A stretch of DNA of 64,000 nucleotides from Pelomicrobium sp. Lineage in GTDB: Bacteria > Pseudomonadota > Gammaproteobacteria > Burkholderiales > UBA6910. Of the stretch, positions 48,232-57,549 are shown one piece after another. The stretch covers positions 8,222 to 72,221 of the forward strand of contig NZ_DAIRTR010000001.1 of the NCBI RefSeq assembly GCF_036803785.1, written 5' to 3'. Position numbers and translations under genes: made by a program. Numbering within the stretch: position 1 is the stretch's first letter; each line of letters begins with the position of its first letter. Below the pieces are notes generated by a model. The model worked only from the letters and a program-made list of their open reading frames with translations. It was not told the DNA's origin and searched no databases.

Positions 48232-48459
48232 ATGAATTTCGACAAGGAACTGGATGCTCGCGGCCTCAACTGCCCGCTGCCCATCCTGCGCACCAAAAAA
48301 TCCCTAGCCGACATGAAATCCGGGCAGATCCTCAAGATCTTGGCGACCGATCCGGGCTCGGTGAAGGACTTCCAGGCCTTTTCCAAGCAAACCGGCAATG
48401 AGCTATTGAACTCGACGGAAGTCAACGGCGAATTCCATTTCTGGCTCAAGAAGAAATAG
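48232..48459 (+). CDS. tusA: Sulfur carrier protein TusA
   Basis: 75 aa from MNFDKELDARGLNCPLPILRTKK (CPxP motif). The RBS AAGGAGA ends 4 nt before the ATG. Confidence 0.85.
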   Translation: MNFDKELDARGLNCPLPILRTKKSLADMKSGQILKILATDPGSVKDFQAFSKQTGNELLNSTEVNGEFHFWLKKK

Positions 48460-48515
48460 CCCACTGCCGATCGCCCACCGCCGGGCCGCACGCAAATGGA
48501 CGGGAGGAGGATTCG

Positions 48516-49028
48516 ATGGACGAGCAAAAGAAGCTCGCGCTGATTGCCACCAAGGGCACCCTCGACTGGGCGTATCCGCCCTTCATTCTCGCGTCGACCG
48601 GCGCTGCTCTGGGCTACGAGGTGAAGATATTTTTCACTTTCTATGGCCTGCAGTTGCTGCGCAAGGACCTCTCGGACCTGAAGGTGAGCCCTCTGGGCAA
48701 CCCGGCCATGCCCATGAAGATGCCCTTCGGTCCCAAGTGGTTTCGCAGCATCAACTGGAAAATTCCCAACGCGGTGCAGGCCTTGGTCCCCGGTTTCGAG
48801 TCCCTGGCGAGTGCCCTCATGAAACAGACGATCCGGCAAAAAGGAGTCGCCCCGATTCCGGAACTGCGGGAGCTGTGCTTGGAGGCAGGGGTGACTTTTA
48901 TCGGCTGCGAAATGACGGTGGATCTCTTCGGCTTCAGTCACGAGGACTTTATCGACGGCATCGAGTATGGGGGTGCCGCCACCTTCTTCGAATTTGCCGG
49001 GGAGTCGGACGTGTGCTTGTTCATTTGA
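48516..49028 (+). CDS. dsrE2: DsrE2-type DsrE/DsrF-family sulfur-relay protein
   Basis: 170 aa DsrE-like fold with a hydrophobic N-terminal half, positioned after tusA. Confidence 0.65.
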   Translation: MDEQKKLALIATKGTLDWAYPPFILASTGAALGYEVKIFFTFYGLQLLRKDLSDLKVSPLGNPAMPMKMPFGPKWFRSINWKIPNAVQALVPGFESLASALMKQTIRQKGVAPIPELRELCLEAGVTFIGCEMTVDLFGFSHEDFIDGIEYGGAATFFEFAGESDVCLFI

Positions 49029-49217
49029 GGTTCGAAGCGGCGGGAATCGGGAAGCCTCTTGGCACGCACCGAACTCCTTGATTCGATCATAAGGAAATTC
49101 GATCGATTCCGGGGGTTGTAACCGACAGCCGGCTGGCTTACTATTGCAATATTAGCAGCTTCTAATAATCCATCTCGTTCAGGACGGCTACTCGTCCTTT
49201 CTGGTGAGGAGGCATCG

Positions 49218-49901
49218 ATGGCGACGTACGCCGAGATGCAGGAGATCTTCGACGATATCCGTAGCGATTTTCGCTACGACCACGAGCTGAACGGCTGTCT
49301 CAACTGCGGCATCTGCACCGCCACCTGTCCCTCGGCCCAGTTCTACGATTACAGCCCTCGGGAAATCGTCCAGCTCCTGTGGACCGAGAACGTGGAACAG
49401 ATCTACGACGCGATGCAGGAGAAGATCTGGGCCTGTGCTCAGTGCATGACCTGCGCCGCGCGCTGCCCGTTCAAGAATTCGCCCGGGGGACTGGTGGCCA
49501 TCATGCGGGAAGTGGCCATCAAGCATGGGATGCAGTCGGCGAAGGATGTGCTGCGCCCCTTTGGGCGGGTGATGCTCAAGCTCATCACCACCGGCAACCA
49601 GCTCTCGCCGGATATGATTCAGCCGGATCATTTCCCTGATTGGGGTCCCAACATCCAGAAGGTGGAAGGCGACCTGAAGACCCTGCGCAAGGCGATTCCG
49701 ATGAAGACTCTCCAGACGACCGAAACGGCCTGGGAGGTCTCTCTCAAGACGTCCATCGAGATGTACACCATCTGGGAGATGACTGGCGTCCTCAAGTCCC
49801 TGGAAACGATGGACGAAAACCTGTACGACGTGATCGAGGACTTCATCGACGAGAAGAAAGAGGAATACGAGGAGTGGCTCGAGGAACAGGAGCAGGACTA
49901 A
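49218..49901 (+). CDS. hdrC1: sHdr heterodisulfide-reductase-like subunit C1
   Basis: 227 aa with two ferredoxin-type motifs, CLNCGICTATCP and CAQCMTCAARCP. Confidence 0.8.
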   Translation: MATYAEMQEIFDDIRSDFRYDHELNGCLNCGICTATCPSAQFYDYSPREIVQLLWTENVEQIYDAMQEKIWACAQCMTCAARCPFKNSPGGLVAIMREVAIKHGMQSAKDVLRPFGRVMLKLITTGNQLSPDMIQPDHFPDWGPNIQKVEGDLKTLRKAIPMKTLQTTETAWEVSLKTSIEMYTIWEMTGVLKSLETMDENLYDVIEDFIDEKKEEYEEWLEEQEQD

Positions 49902-49929
49902 TCCGGGCGCCGCACACCTTATAGGAGAC

Positions 49930-51285
49930 ATGAACATGAGCAACCCGTTTTCTCTTCCCTCTGACGGTAGCGGCATCGCCGGCCACGGGTCGTTCTTCCA
50001 GCCGACCAACCTATCCAAGGAGGAGGCCGAAAAGGCTACCGAGTGGGTGCGCAAGCACGTGGATCGGCGCACCATCGATTTGGGCGAGCGCATGGATGAT
50101 GTGCGCGAGCATTTGTGGGAGCTGGAAAAGGATGGCGAGATCATCGTCCACCGCGTGACCGACGCCCATCAGCCGATAGAGGTGCAGACGCTCTTCGGCT
50201 GGACCAAGAAAATTCCCACGGTGCGGCTCTGGCACCACAAATCCTGCGGCCAGTGCGGCAACATTCCGGGCTATCCGACGTCCTTGCTCTGGACCATGAA
50301 TCAGCTCGGGTTTGTCCCTGGACGGGACTATCTGGACGAAACTGACCAGACTTCCTGCACCGCCTGGAACTACCACGGCTCGGGCATCGGCAACGTAGAG
50401 TCCCTCGCCGCCGTTTTTCTGCGCAATTTCCACCAGGCTTACGTCTCCGGCAAGCAGCACGGCCACGACCTGGGACACTTCTATCCCCTGGTCCACTGCG
50501 GTACATCCTTCGGCAACTACAAGGAGATCCGCAAGTACCTGCTCGAATCCGCCGAGCTGCGGGAGCGGGTGAAGAAGATCCTGGCCAAGCTCGGGCGCTT
50601 GGTGGACGGCAAGCTGGTGATTCCGGAGGAGATCGTGCACTACTCCGAGTGGGTGCATGTGATGCGCCATCGCATCGCCTCGGAGCTGCAGAAGATCGAC
50701 GTTTCCCACATCCGCGTTGTCATGCACGCTGCCTGCCACTACTACAAGATGGTTCACGAAGACGCGATCTACGACCCGACGGTCCTGGGGGGCAACCGTA
50801 CCGCGGTGGGCACCTCCGTCGCCCAGGCCCTCGGCGCCCAGGTGATCGATTATTCCACCTGGTACGACTGCTGTGGCTTCGGCTTCCGTCATATCATCTC
50901 CGAGCGGGAGTTCACCCGTTCCTTCACCATGGATCGCAAGATTCGGGTGGCAGTGGAGGAAGCCAAGGCCGACGTGATGATCGGCAACGACACAGGGTGC
51001 ATCACCACCATGGATAAAAACCAGTGGATCGGACGCGCCCACGGCCAGAACTTCCAGATTCCGGTGATGGCCGACATTCAGTTCGCGGCGCTTGCCTGCG
51101 GGGCCGACCCGTTCAAGATCGTGCAGCTCCAGTGGCACGCAAGCCCGTGCGAGGAGCTGGTGGAAAAGATGGGCATCTCCTGGACCGAAGCGAAAAGGAA
51201 CTTTGAGGCCTACCTCCAGGAGGTCAAGGCCGGCCGGATCGAGCACCTCTACGACCCCAAACTCGCTGGGAGCATGGCGGCATGA
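49930..51285 (+). CDS. hdrB1: sHdr heterodisulfide-reductase-like subunit B1 (CCG domains)
   Basis: 451 aa with Cys-rich CCG-type motifs (YDCCGFGF, HAACHYYK). The ATG at 49936 is better spaced from the AGGAGA RBS than 49930. The stop overlaps the hdrA ATG (ATGA). Confidence 0.8.
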   Translation: MNMSNPFSLPSDGSGIAGHGSFFQPTNLSKEEAEKATEWVRKHVDRRTIDLGERMDDVREHLWELEKDGEIIVHRVTDAHQPIEVQTLFGWTKKIPTVRLWHHKSCGQCGNIPGYPTSLLWTMNQLGFVPGRDYLDETDQTSCTAWNYHGSGIGNVESLAAVFLRNFHQAYVSGKQHGHDLGHFYPLVHCGTSFGNYKEIRKYLLESAELRERVKKILAKLGRLVDGKLVIPEEIVHYSEWVHVMRHRIASELQKIDVSHIRVVMHAACHYYKMVHEDAIYDPTVLGGNRTAVGTSVAQALGAQVIDYSTWYDCCGFGFRHIISEREFTRSFTMDRKIRVAVEEAKADVMIGNDTGCITTMDKNQWIGRAHGQNFQIPVMADIQFAALACGADPFKIVQLQWHASPCEELVEKMGISWTEAKRNFEAYLQEVKAGRIEHLYDPKLAGSMAA

Positions 51286-52335
51286 CGGAAAAGACTGTGC
51301 TAGTGGTGGGCGGGCCCCACCGGGTTGTCGGCAGCGGCGGCGGTGGCTTCGGTGGGCCAGCGGGTCGTGCTGGTAGAAAAGGAGAATATTTTGGGGGGCG
51401 CGCCGATCCTCTCCGGCTACGCCAAGCTAGTCCCCTCCGGGGAATGGGCCAAAGATGCCATCGGTCGCATGGTCAAGCGCGTGGTGGAGAATCCGCTGGT
51501 CACCGTTCACAAGGGGACCAAGGTGACGAAGGTAGAGGGCAGCCACGGCGACTTCACGGCGACGCTGTCCAATGGCCAGACGATCAAGTGCGGCGCTATC
51601 ATCCTCGGTACCGGCTTCACCCACTTTGACTCCATCAACAAACCCGAATGGGGTTTCGGCACCTTCGAGGACGTGGTGACCACCACCCAAGTGGAGCAGA
51701 TGGTGGCCGCTGGCAAAATCTATTGTCCGTCCGACGGACGGGTACCGGAACGGGTGGCGATCTTGCTGTGCGTGGGTTCCCGTGACCGGCAGATCGGGCG
51801 GGAGTGGTGCTCCAAGATCTGTTGCACCGTTTCCGCCAATCTGGCGATAGAGATCAAGGAGATCTCCCCCAAGACGGACGTTTTCATCTACTACATGGAC
51901 ATCCGTACCTTCGGGCTGTACGAGGACAAGTATTACTGGAAATCCCAGGAAGAGTTCAAGACCAAGTTCGTGAAGGCGCGCATCGCCGAGGTCACTCAAG
52001 GACCTGACGGCCGGCTCTTGGTGAAAGGGGAGGATACCCTGGTCAAGCGCCCCATCGTGATCCCCATGGACCTAGTGGTCCACGCCATCGGCATGGACCC
52101 GAATCTGGACAATCCAGAAATCGCTCGGGTGTTTGGAGTGGGGCTGGAGAAGCATGGCTTCCTCGAGCGCGGCGAGCACTACACCAGCTCCTTCAGCAGC
52201 ACCCGTCGCGGCATTTACGTGGGCGGGGCCGCCCTCGGGCCCGAAGACATCGATACCTGCGTCTCCCACGGCCTGGCGATGGCCATGAGGGCGGTCGGAG
52301 ACCTAAATGCTTTGGTTCACAAAGCAGCGGCGTGA
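51282..52335 (+). CDS. hdrA: sHdr FAD/Fe-S subunit HdrA, with an apparent frameshift at about 51306-51324
   Basis: The ATG at 51282 overlaps the hdrB1 stop and encodes MTEKTVLVVGG. The rest of the protein (AGPTGLSAAAAVASVGQRVVLVEKENILGG..., CVGSRD, CSKICC) is in the +1 frame. Confidence 0.75.
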
Positions 52336-53179
52336 GCTGCCAGCGTCCGAGCGCGACCTGATCGCGCCCGCCGAGCTGCCGGTCGCGCTGGACGATCGGC
52401 TGTTTGTTCAGCATCTGGCCGCCCTGCAGGTGAGCCTGGAGGCGAGTGGCGGGATCGAGGCATGCCTGGAGCGGCTCGATGCCAAGCAGCGGCTTTTTGC
52501 CGAACTTTTGGGCAAGGGTCGCTGGGCAGGCGTGACGCTCTCCGACACGGAGCGGCTCCTAGGCACCGTGTTTACCGCACGCAGACGCCTCTATCCCTTG
52601 CTTGCAGCGGCCGGAGAGGAGTGGCTGCGGCAAGCGCTGCAGACGCTGCTGGAAGGCCCGGGAGAAGTACGCGGGCGGATGGAGCGCTTCGCTGCGGAAC
52701 TGGTCGTGGCGGCTCGGGATGTTCCCGAAGATGCTCGGCACGCTGCCAAGGCCCGGCGCGCGGCTTTCGATTTCGCCGCCGAGACGCTGCACTTTCTCGA
52801 CCCGGTGCGCTATCCCCTCATGAGCCGCTGGGTGTGGGATCCGGCGACCCGTAGCGGCGCGCTACGGGAGTTCGTCCGGGAGCGCGACGCCGCGGGCAGT
52901 GCGATGCTCGACGCCAGCCCGGAGACGTTCGAGGGCGCACGGGTGTGGCTGAAGGCACGAATCGCCGAGCAAGGGGTGTTCCGAGATGTGCATTTCTGGA
53001 TCGACTTGATGCTGGCCCAGGCCTACGTGACCTACCTGCGCTCAGTGGCCGAAGGCAACTTGGGAGGTGACTTTGGCCGCGGGGCCCAGCCGGGGGAGCA
53101 GTTGAGGAAGCTACTGGGCATCGACTGCTTTGATGGCCGGACGCGGGTGAAAAAGTCCGTATCGGGCGAGCGAAGCTGA
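52307..53179 (+). CDS. Conserved hypothetical protein of sHdr loci (hyp)
   Basis: 290 aa located between hdrA and hdrC2, the position occupied by hyp in hdrC1B1A-hyp-hdrC2B2 loci. The start codon is uncertain. Confidence 0.55.
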   Translation: MLWFTKQRRELPASERDLIAPAELPVALDDRLFVQHLAALQVSLEASGGIEACLERLDAKQRLFAELLGKGRWAGVTLSDTERLLGTVFTARRRLYPLLAAAGEEWLRQALQTLLEGPGEVRGRMERFAAELVVAARDVPEDARHAAKARRAAFDFAAETLHFLDPVRYPLMSRWVWDPATRSGALREFVRERDAAGSAMLDASPETFEGARVWLKARIAEQGVFRDVHFWIDLMLAQAYVTYLRSVAEGNLGGDFGRGAQPGEQLRKLLGIDCFDGRTRVKKSVSGERS

Positions 53180-53199
53180 AGCGAGGAGCAGGTAAAACC

Positions 53200-53970
53200 A
53201 TGCCGATACACGAGAAAGCGCTGCTGGCACCGGAGCAGGTGCTACAGGCGGACAAGCTGGTGGTGGACGGGGTGGACGTTTCCGGGCACTGGAACACCAT
53301 GATCCTGCCGCGGACGCTCACCGACTACGACGAAGATTTCGAGAAGACCATCCAGGCGTACGGGGGCGGCGAGAACGTACACCGTTGCTGGCAGTGCGGA
53401 TCGTGCACCAATTCCTGCACTATGTATGCCATCAACATCGATTTCAACCCTCGCTATTGGATCTACCTGGTGCGCTTGGGTCTCAAGGACGAGCTGCTCA
53501 AAGACAAAGATATCATCTGGCAATGCGTCTCGTGCAACAAGTGCACCAATATTTGCCCGAAAGATGTGCGGCCGGAAGGGGTGATGAAGGCCATTCAGCA
53601 CTGGATGGAAGACCAGGGCTACGTGTCGAAAGCCCCTTCCACTCTGTTTGACGAAGAGTTCACCCGCCAGTGCCTGGAGCGAGGGCGCATCGAGGACTCG
53701 GAAGTATTGCTCAACTTTTTCAAGCAGACCCGCCAGAACTTGTGGCAACTCGCCACCCGGGGCTGGTTGGGCATTTTCGTCGCTCGCATGAATAAGTGGA
53801 CCGAGCTTAAAAAGGGTCGCATCGGCCACTACCTTGCCCGCATGCCGATCCTCATGCCGCTCGCCATGGCATGGCACTTGGTGTTCAAGCCGCGCACCCG
53901 CTCGTGGGGCCGCACCGGCGAGATCCTACGCCGGTACGTGGAGGAGCAGAAGCGTATCGCCCATGGTTGA
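53200..53970 (+). CDS. hdrC2: sHdr heterodisulfide-reductase-like subunit C2
   Basis: 256 aa with CWQCGSCTNSC and CVSCNKCTNICP. Confidence 0.8.
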   Translation: MPIHEKALLAPEQVLQADKLVVDGVDVSGHWNTMILPRTLTDYDEDFEKTIQAYGGGENVHRCWQCGSCTNSCTMYAINIDFNPRYWIYLVRLGLKDELLKDKDIIWQCVSCNKCTNICPKDVRPEGVMKAIQHWMEDQGYVSKAPSTLFDEEFTRQCLERGRIEDSEVLLNFFKQTRQNLWQLATRGWLGIFVARMNKWTELKKGRIGHYLARMPILMPLAMAWHLVFKPRTRSWGRTGEILRRYVEEQKRIAHG

Positions 53971-53990
53971 GACTTCCCGAGGAGATCGTG

Positions 53991-54902
53991 ATGTCTAAGG
54001 TTGCCTATTACCCCGGCTGTGCGCTGGAAGGCTCCGGCGGCCCCTACGACCGCTCCACCCGGGCGCTGGTGAAAGCGCTGGAGCTCCAGATGCACGATCT
54101 GGAGGACTGGAACTGTTGCGGAGCCATGGAGGTGAAGAACGTCCATCCTATGCTCCAGACCTACATGTCGGCACGCAACCTGGCGATCGCCAGTGAGAAG
54201 ATGGGCTTTGATACCGTGATGGCACCCTGCAATGGCTGCTATCACAACCTGAAGAAGGCCGAGTACGAACTCGCTACTTCCGAAGAAGCGCTCAAGACCG
54301 TGCAGGATCTGGCCCGGCAGGCTGACGATCCGGTGTACAAGGGGGACGTACGCACTCTTCATTTGCTCGAGTGGCTCATGGAAGAGTTGGGTCCGGAGGG
54401 CATCAAGGCGCGTCTCAAGAAGAGCCTGAACGGCATCAAGGTGGCCAACTACTATGGCTGTATGTATACGCGTCCACGGCAGATCTTCCCGGAGAAAGAC
54501 CGGGGACCGGGTTCCGAGTCCACCCACAAGCCCCACTTCATGGACGATCTGCTTGCGGCGGCCGGGGCGGTGAACGTGGATTTTCCTTTGAAGACTGCCT
54601 GTTGTGGTGGTGCCCACACCCTGTCCGACGCGGATACCTCCACCCAACTGGTCCTGAACCTGCTGCAGGCGGCCGAGGAAGCAGGGGCCGAGGTCATCGC
54701 CACCGAATGCCCCACCTGCCATTCCGGACTGGAGATGCACCAGGTGCGTGCCGAAACCCAGTTCGGGATCAAGACCAACGTGAAGATCCTGTATTTCACC
54801 CAGCTCTTGGGTCTGGCCATGGGGTTGTCGGCGAGAAAGCTCGGGATTCACGAGAACGTGAGCGACTCTCTGGATTTCCTGCACGAAAAGGGGATTATCT
54901 GA
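53991..54902 (+). CDS. hdrB2: sHdr heterodisulfide-reductase-like subunit B2 (two CCG domains)
   Basis: 303 aa from MSKVAYYPGC, after the RBS GAGGAG. It has WNCCGAM and TACCGGAH motifs. The ORF-track start at 53871 overlaps hdrC2. Confidence 0.85.
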   Translation: MSKVAYYPGCALEGSGGPYDRSTRALVKALELQMHDLEDWNCCGAMEVKNVHPMLQTYMSARNLAIASEKMGFDTVMAPCNGCYHNLKKAEYELATSEEALKTVQDLARQADDPVYKGDVRTLHLLEWLMEELGPEGIKARLKKSLNGIKVANYYGCMYTRPRQIFPEKDRGPGSESTHKPHFMDDLLAAAGAVNVDFPLKTACCGGAHTLSDADTSTQLVLNLLQAAEEAGAEVIATECPTCHSGLEMHQVRAETQFGIKTNVKILYFTQLLGLAMGLSARKLGIHENVSDSLDFLHEKGII

Positions 54903-54989
54903 GCTTGCGGTGAGGGACGGTCGGCGATAGATGCTCCTGCACAGCCGGCACGCGTGCCTTGTGCCGAAGGCTGAGGTAAGCTGACCGCC

Positions 54990-55436
54990 ATGGAATGCAA
55001 TGGCTGCGAGTTCCGACCCGAGCTGTATTACGATGGGGAATACCAGATCTGGATCCGTGTGGAGAACGACGGGACGGTATCCGTGGGTATGACCGACCTC
55101 TCCCAGACCATTGCGGGTCGGATCTTGCATGTGCGGGTACGCCGCCCGGGGACGCTGCGCCCCGCGGGCAAGCCGGTGGCCACCATCGAAAGCGGCAAGT
55201 GGGCGGGTCCCGTACCCAATCCCTTCGATTGCACCATCGAGGCGGCCAACCCAGAGGTGCTAAACGATCCGGCGCTGCTCAATCGTGCTCCCTTCGACGC
55301 CTGGATTGCGCGGGTGCGGCCCGCCGCCAGTCTAGAACAAGCCCTCGAGGGCTTGGTCACCGGTGAGGCAGCCCGTGCGGGCTACTGCACCCGCGCCCGG
55401 CGCGAGGACATCCGCTGCGAAAGGCCCGCGTCCTGA
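54990..55436 (+). CDS. lbpA1: GcvH-like lipoate-binding protein LbpA (copy 1)
   Basis: 148 aa with a GcvH fold signature and the putative lipoyl-lysine in TIESGKWAGPV. Confidence 0.75.
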   Translation: MECNGCEFRPELYYDGEYQIWIRVENDGTVSVGMTDLSQTIAGRILHVRVRRPGTLRPAGKPVATIESGKWAGPVPNPFDCTIEAANPEVLNDPALLNRAPFDAWIARVRPAASLEQALEGLVTGEAARAGYCTRARREDIRCERPAS

Positions 55437-55831
55437 TGGCCGAATCCCATTACCTGGACCACGGGGAACAGCGGGTAGTCATCGTGATGACCAGCGGTCC
55501 CAGCATGCCCCACCGCTGCGCCACGCCGTTTTATATTGGGGCTCTCCTTGCCTCCATGGACGCGGAGGTGCATATCTTCCTGACCATGGAGGGGGTGCTG
55601 CTCGCCCAAAGGGGTGTACCCGAAAATTTGACCGCCATGAAAGGTGGTAAGAAAATCATCGAGTTCATGCGCGAGGCGAAGGCGGCGGGCGTCAGGCTAC
55701 ACCTGTGCAAGCCGGCGATGCCGGGCTACGAGCTGGAAGTGGAGGAGGTGATCGACGAAGTGGACGAGATCTCTCCTGCCGGCGCCTTGGCGGACCTGAT
55801 CCTCGGCTGCGACAAGACCATGTTTTTCTGA
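55436..55831 (+). CDS. dsrE3: DsrE3-type DsrE-family sulfurtransferase
   Basis: 131 aa DsrE-like protein with conserved Cys residues (HRCATP, LCKPA). Its ATG overlaps the lbpA1 stop (TGATG). It lies between the two lbpA genes. Confidence 0.65.
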   Translation: MAESHYLDHGEQRVVIVMTSGPSMPHRCATPFYIGALLASMDAEVHIFLTMEGVLLAQRGVPENLTAMKGGKKIIEFMREAKAAGVRLHLCKPAMPGYELEVEEVIDEVDEISPAGALADLILGCDKTMFF

Positions 55832-55856
55832 ACGACGCGAATAAAGGGGAAGCGAC

Positions 55857-56297
55857 ATGGCGACCGTGCGAGGCTGCAACTTTCCTGACGACTTGTACTA
55901 CAACGTGGAAAACAACGTGTGGGCACGCCGGGAGGCGGATGGCACCCTCACCGTCGGCCTGACCAGCTATGCCTGCTCACTGGCGGGGGAGATCGTTTCG
56001 TACACGCCAAAAAAGGTGGGCAAGAGCGTGGAAGTCAACAAGTCCGTGTGCACCGTGGAGTCGGGCAAGTGGGTCGGTCCGGTAAAGGCCCCAGTCTCGG
56101 GCGAGGTGGTCGCTATTAACGATGCGGTTCAGGCGAAGCCGGGCACCATCAACGCGGATCCCTACGGGGCGGGTTGGCTGGTCAAAATGAAGCCGAGCCA
56201 GTGGGATGCGGAGTCGGCGAATCTCCTGACGGGAGCGGCTGCCGCTCAGGCCTTCGAGGCCAAGATGCAGGCCGACGGCTTCGGTGGTTGCGCTTGA
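55857..56297 (+). CDS. lbpA2: GcvH-like lipoate-binding protein LbpA (copy 2)
   Basis: 146 aa with the lipoyl-lysine motif TVESGKWVGPV and GcvH-like GAGWLVKM. Confidence 0.8.
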   Translation: MATVRGCNFPDDLYYNVENNVWARREADGTLTVGLTSYACSLAGEIVSYTPKKVGKSVEVNKSVCTVESGKWVGPVKAPVSGEVVAINDAVQAKPGTINADPYGAGWLVKMKPSQWDAESANLLTGAAAAQAFEAKMQADGFGGCA

Positions 56298-56381
56298 GCA
56301 TGGGAGCGCACCCGCCGGGACACAAAGGCACGGAAAAACGTTTTTTCCCCTTCCCTATACCTCCGCGGGGAAAAAGGTTGT

Positions 56382-57539
56382 ATGTCCCAATGGCTGAGCA
56401 TCGTTGAGCGCGTGGAGGCGCTGCAAGACCTAGAGCTGGATACCCGGCTCGTCGAGAGCATGGCCGCTCGCCATGGCGCGCTCAGGGGCGAGCGTGTGGA
56501 TGGGATCAATTTCTACACCCCCACATTCAAGGCTTATTCCACCTCGGAGATCGCCAGTTGCGGCAAGAGCGCCTGGCCCGCCGTGTCCATCACCGGAGCC
56601 GAATGCAAGCTCGCTTGCGACCATTGCAAGGCCAAAATCCTCGAGCCCATGATCCCTGCCCGGACCCCCGATGCCCTGTGGCGGGTGGTGAACGAGCAGA
56701 TCGCTGCGGGCGCCCGGGGCATGCTGCTCACCGGCGGCTCCAATCACCGCAATGAGGTGGAGTACGGGCCTTTCTACCCTGTGATCCGGCGCATCAAGGA
56801 CACGTTTCCCGCCTTCAAGATCGCTCTGCACACGGCGCTCGTGAATCGGGACATCGCGCGGCGCATGGAAGATTCTGGAATCGATGCCGCGATGATGGAC
56901 GTGATCGGTGCCCAGGACACCATCCGTCAGGTCTATCACTTGCGCCGTGACGTGGAGGACTTCGAGGCGTCTCTGGCGTGCCTGACCGAAACTTCCCTCA
57001 AGGTGGTGCCCCATATCGTGATCGGCCTCCACTACGGGCGGCTCCTGGGAGAGTGGAACGCCTTGGAGATGCTCAAGCGCCACCCGCCCGATGCGCTCGT
57101 GCTGGTGGTGGTGATGCCCTTTTACGCGCCGGCGCACCGCCCTTTCGTGACACCGGATCCTAAAGAGGTGGGAGCCTTTTTCATGGACGCCCGAGAGGCC
57201 CTACCCGACACTCCGATCCTCCTGGGTTGCGCCCGCCCGGCGGGCCGCGCCAAGACCGAAATCGATGTCTATGCTGTGCTTGCCGGGCTGAACGGCATCG
57301 CCCATCCGGCGGACGGCATGGTGGAGCTGGCGGTGCGCCTGGGACGGGACGTTCGGGTGACACCTGCCTGCTGCTCCATCGCCGTGGGCGACGAAGTGCT
57401 CGGGCTGGAGAGCTACAGCAGTGGTCTCACGATCGACATCGATCGTGTAATCGAAGAGGAACGGCGGCGCAGACGAGCTCCGGCCGGCGCCGGTAGGCTC
57501 GCCGGAATCCGGGTCGTGGTATCGGCATCGCCGGGCTAA
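56382..57539 (+). CDS. lipS1: Radical-SAM lipoyl synthase-like protein (LipS1 by gene order)
   Basis: 385 aa with the CX3CX2C motif CKLACDHC. It lies immediately upstream of the lipoate-protein ligase gene. The LipS1 versus LipS2 assignment rests on synteny only. Confidence 0.6.
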   Translation: MSQWLSIVERVEALQDLELDTRLVESMAARHGALRGERVDGINFYTPTFKAYSTSEIASCGKSAWPAVSITGAECKLACDHCKAKILEPMIPARTPDALWRVVNEQIAAGARGMLLTGGSNHRNEVEYGPFYPVIRRIKDTFPAFKIALHTALVNRDIARRMEDSGIDAAMMDVIGAQDTIRQVYHLRRDVEDFEASLACLTETSLKVVPHIVIGLHYGRLLGEWNALEMLKRHPPDALVLVVVMPFYAPAHRPFVTPDPKEVGAFFMDAREALPDTPILLGCARPAGRAKTEIDVYAVLAGLNGIAHPADGMVELAVRLGRDVRVTPACCSIAVGDEVLGLESYSSGLTIDIDRVIEEERRRRRAPAGAGRLAGIRVVVSASPG

Positions 57540-57549
57540 AGGAGGGTAG

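Noticed and set aside
49134-49148. Sigma54-like TGGCTT-ACTA-TTGCA about 70 nt upstream of hdrC1
   Set aside because: The spacer is one nucleotide short (N4 instead of N5), and sigma54 promoters tolerate spacing changes poorly. It is worth revisiting only if the transcription start maps there.
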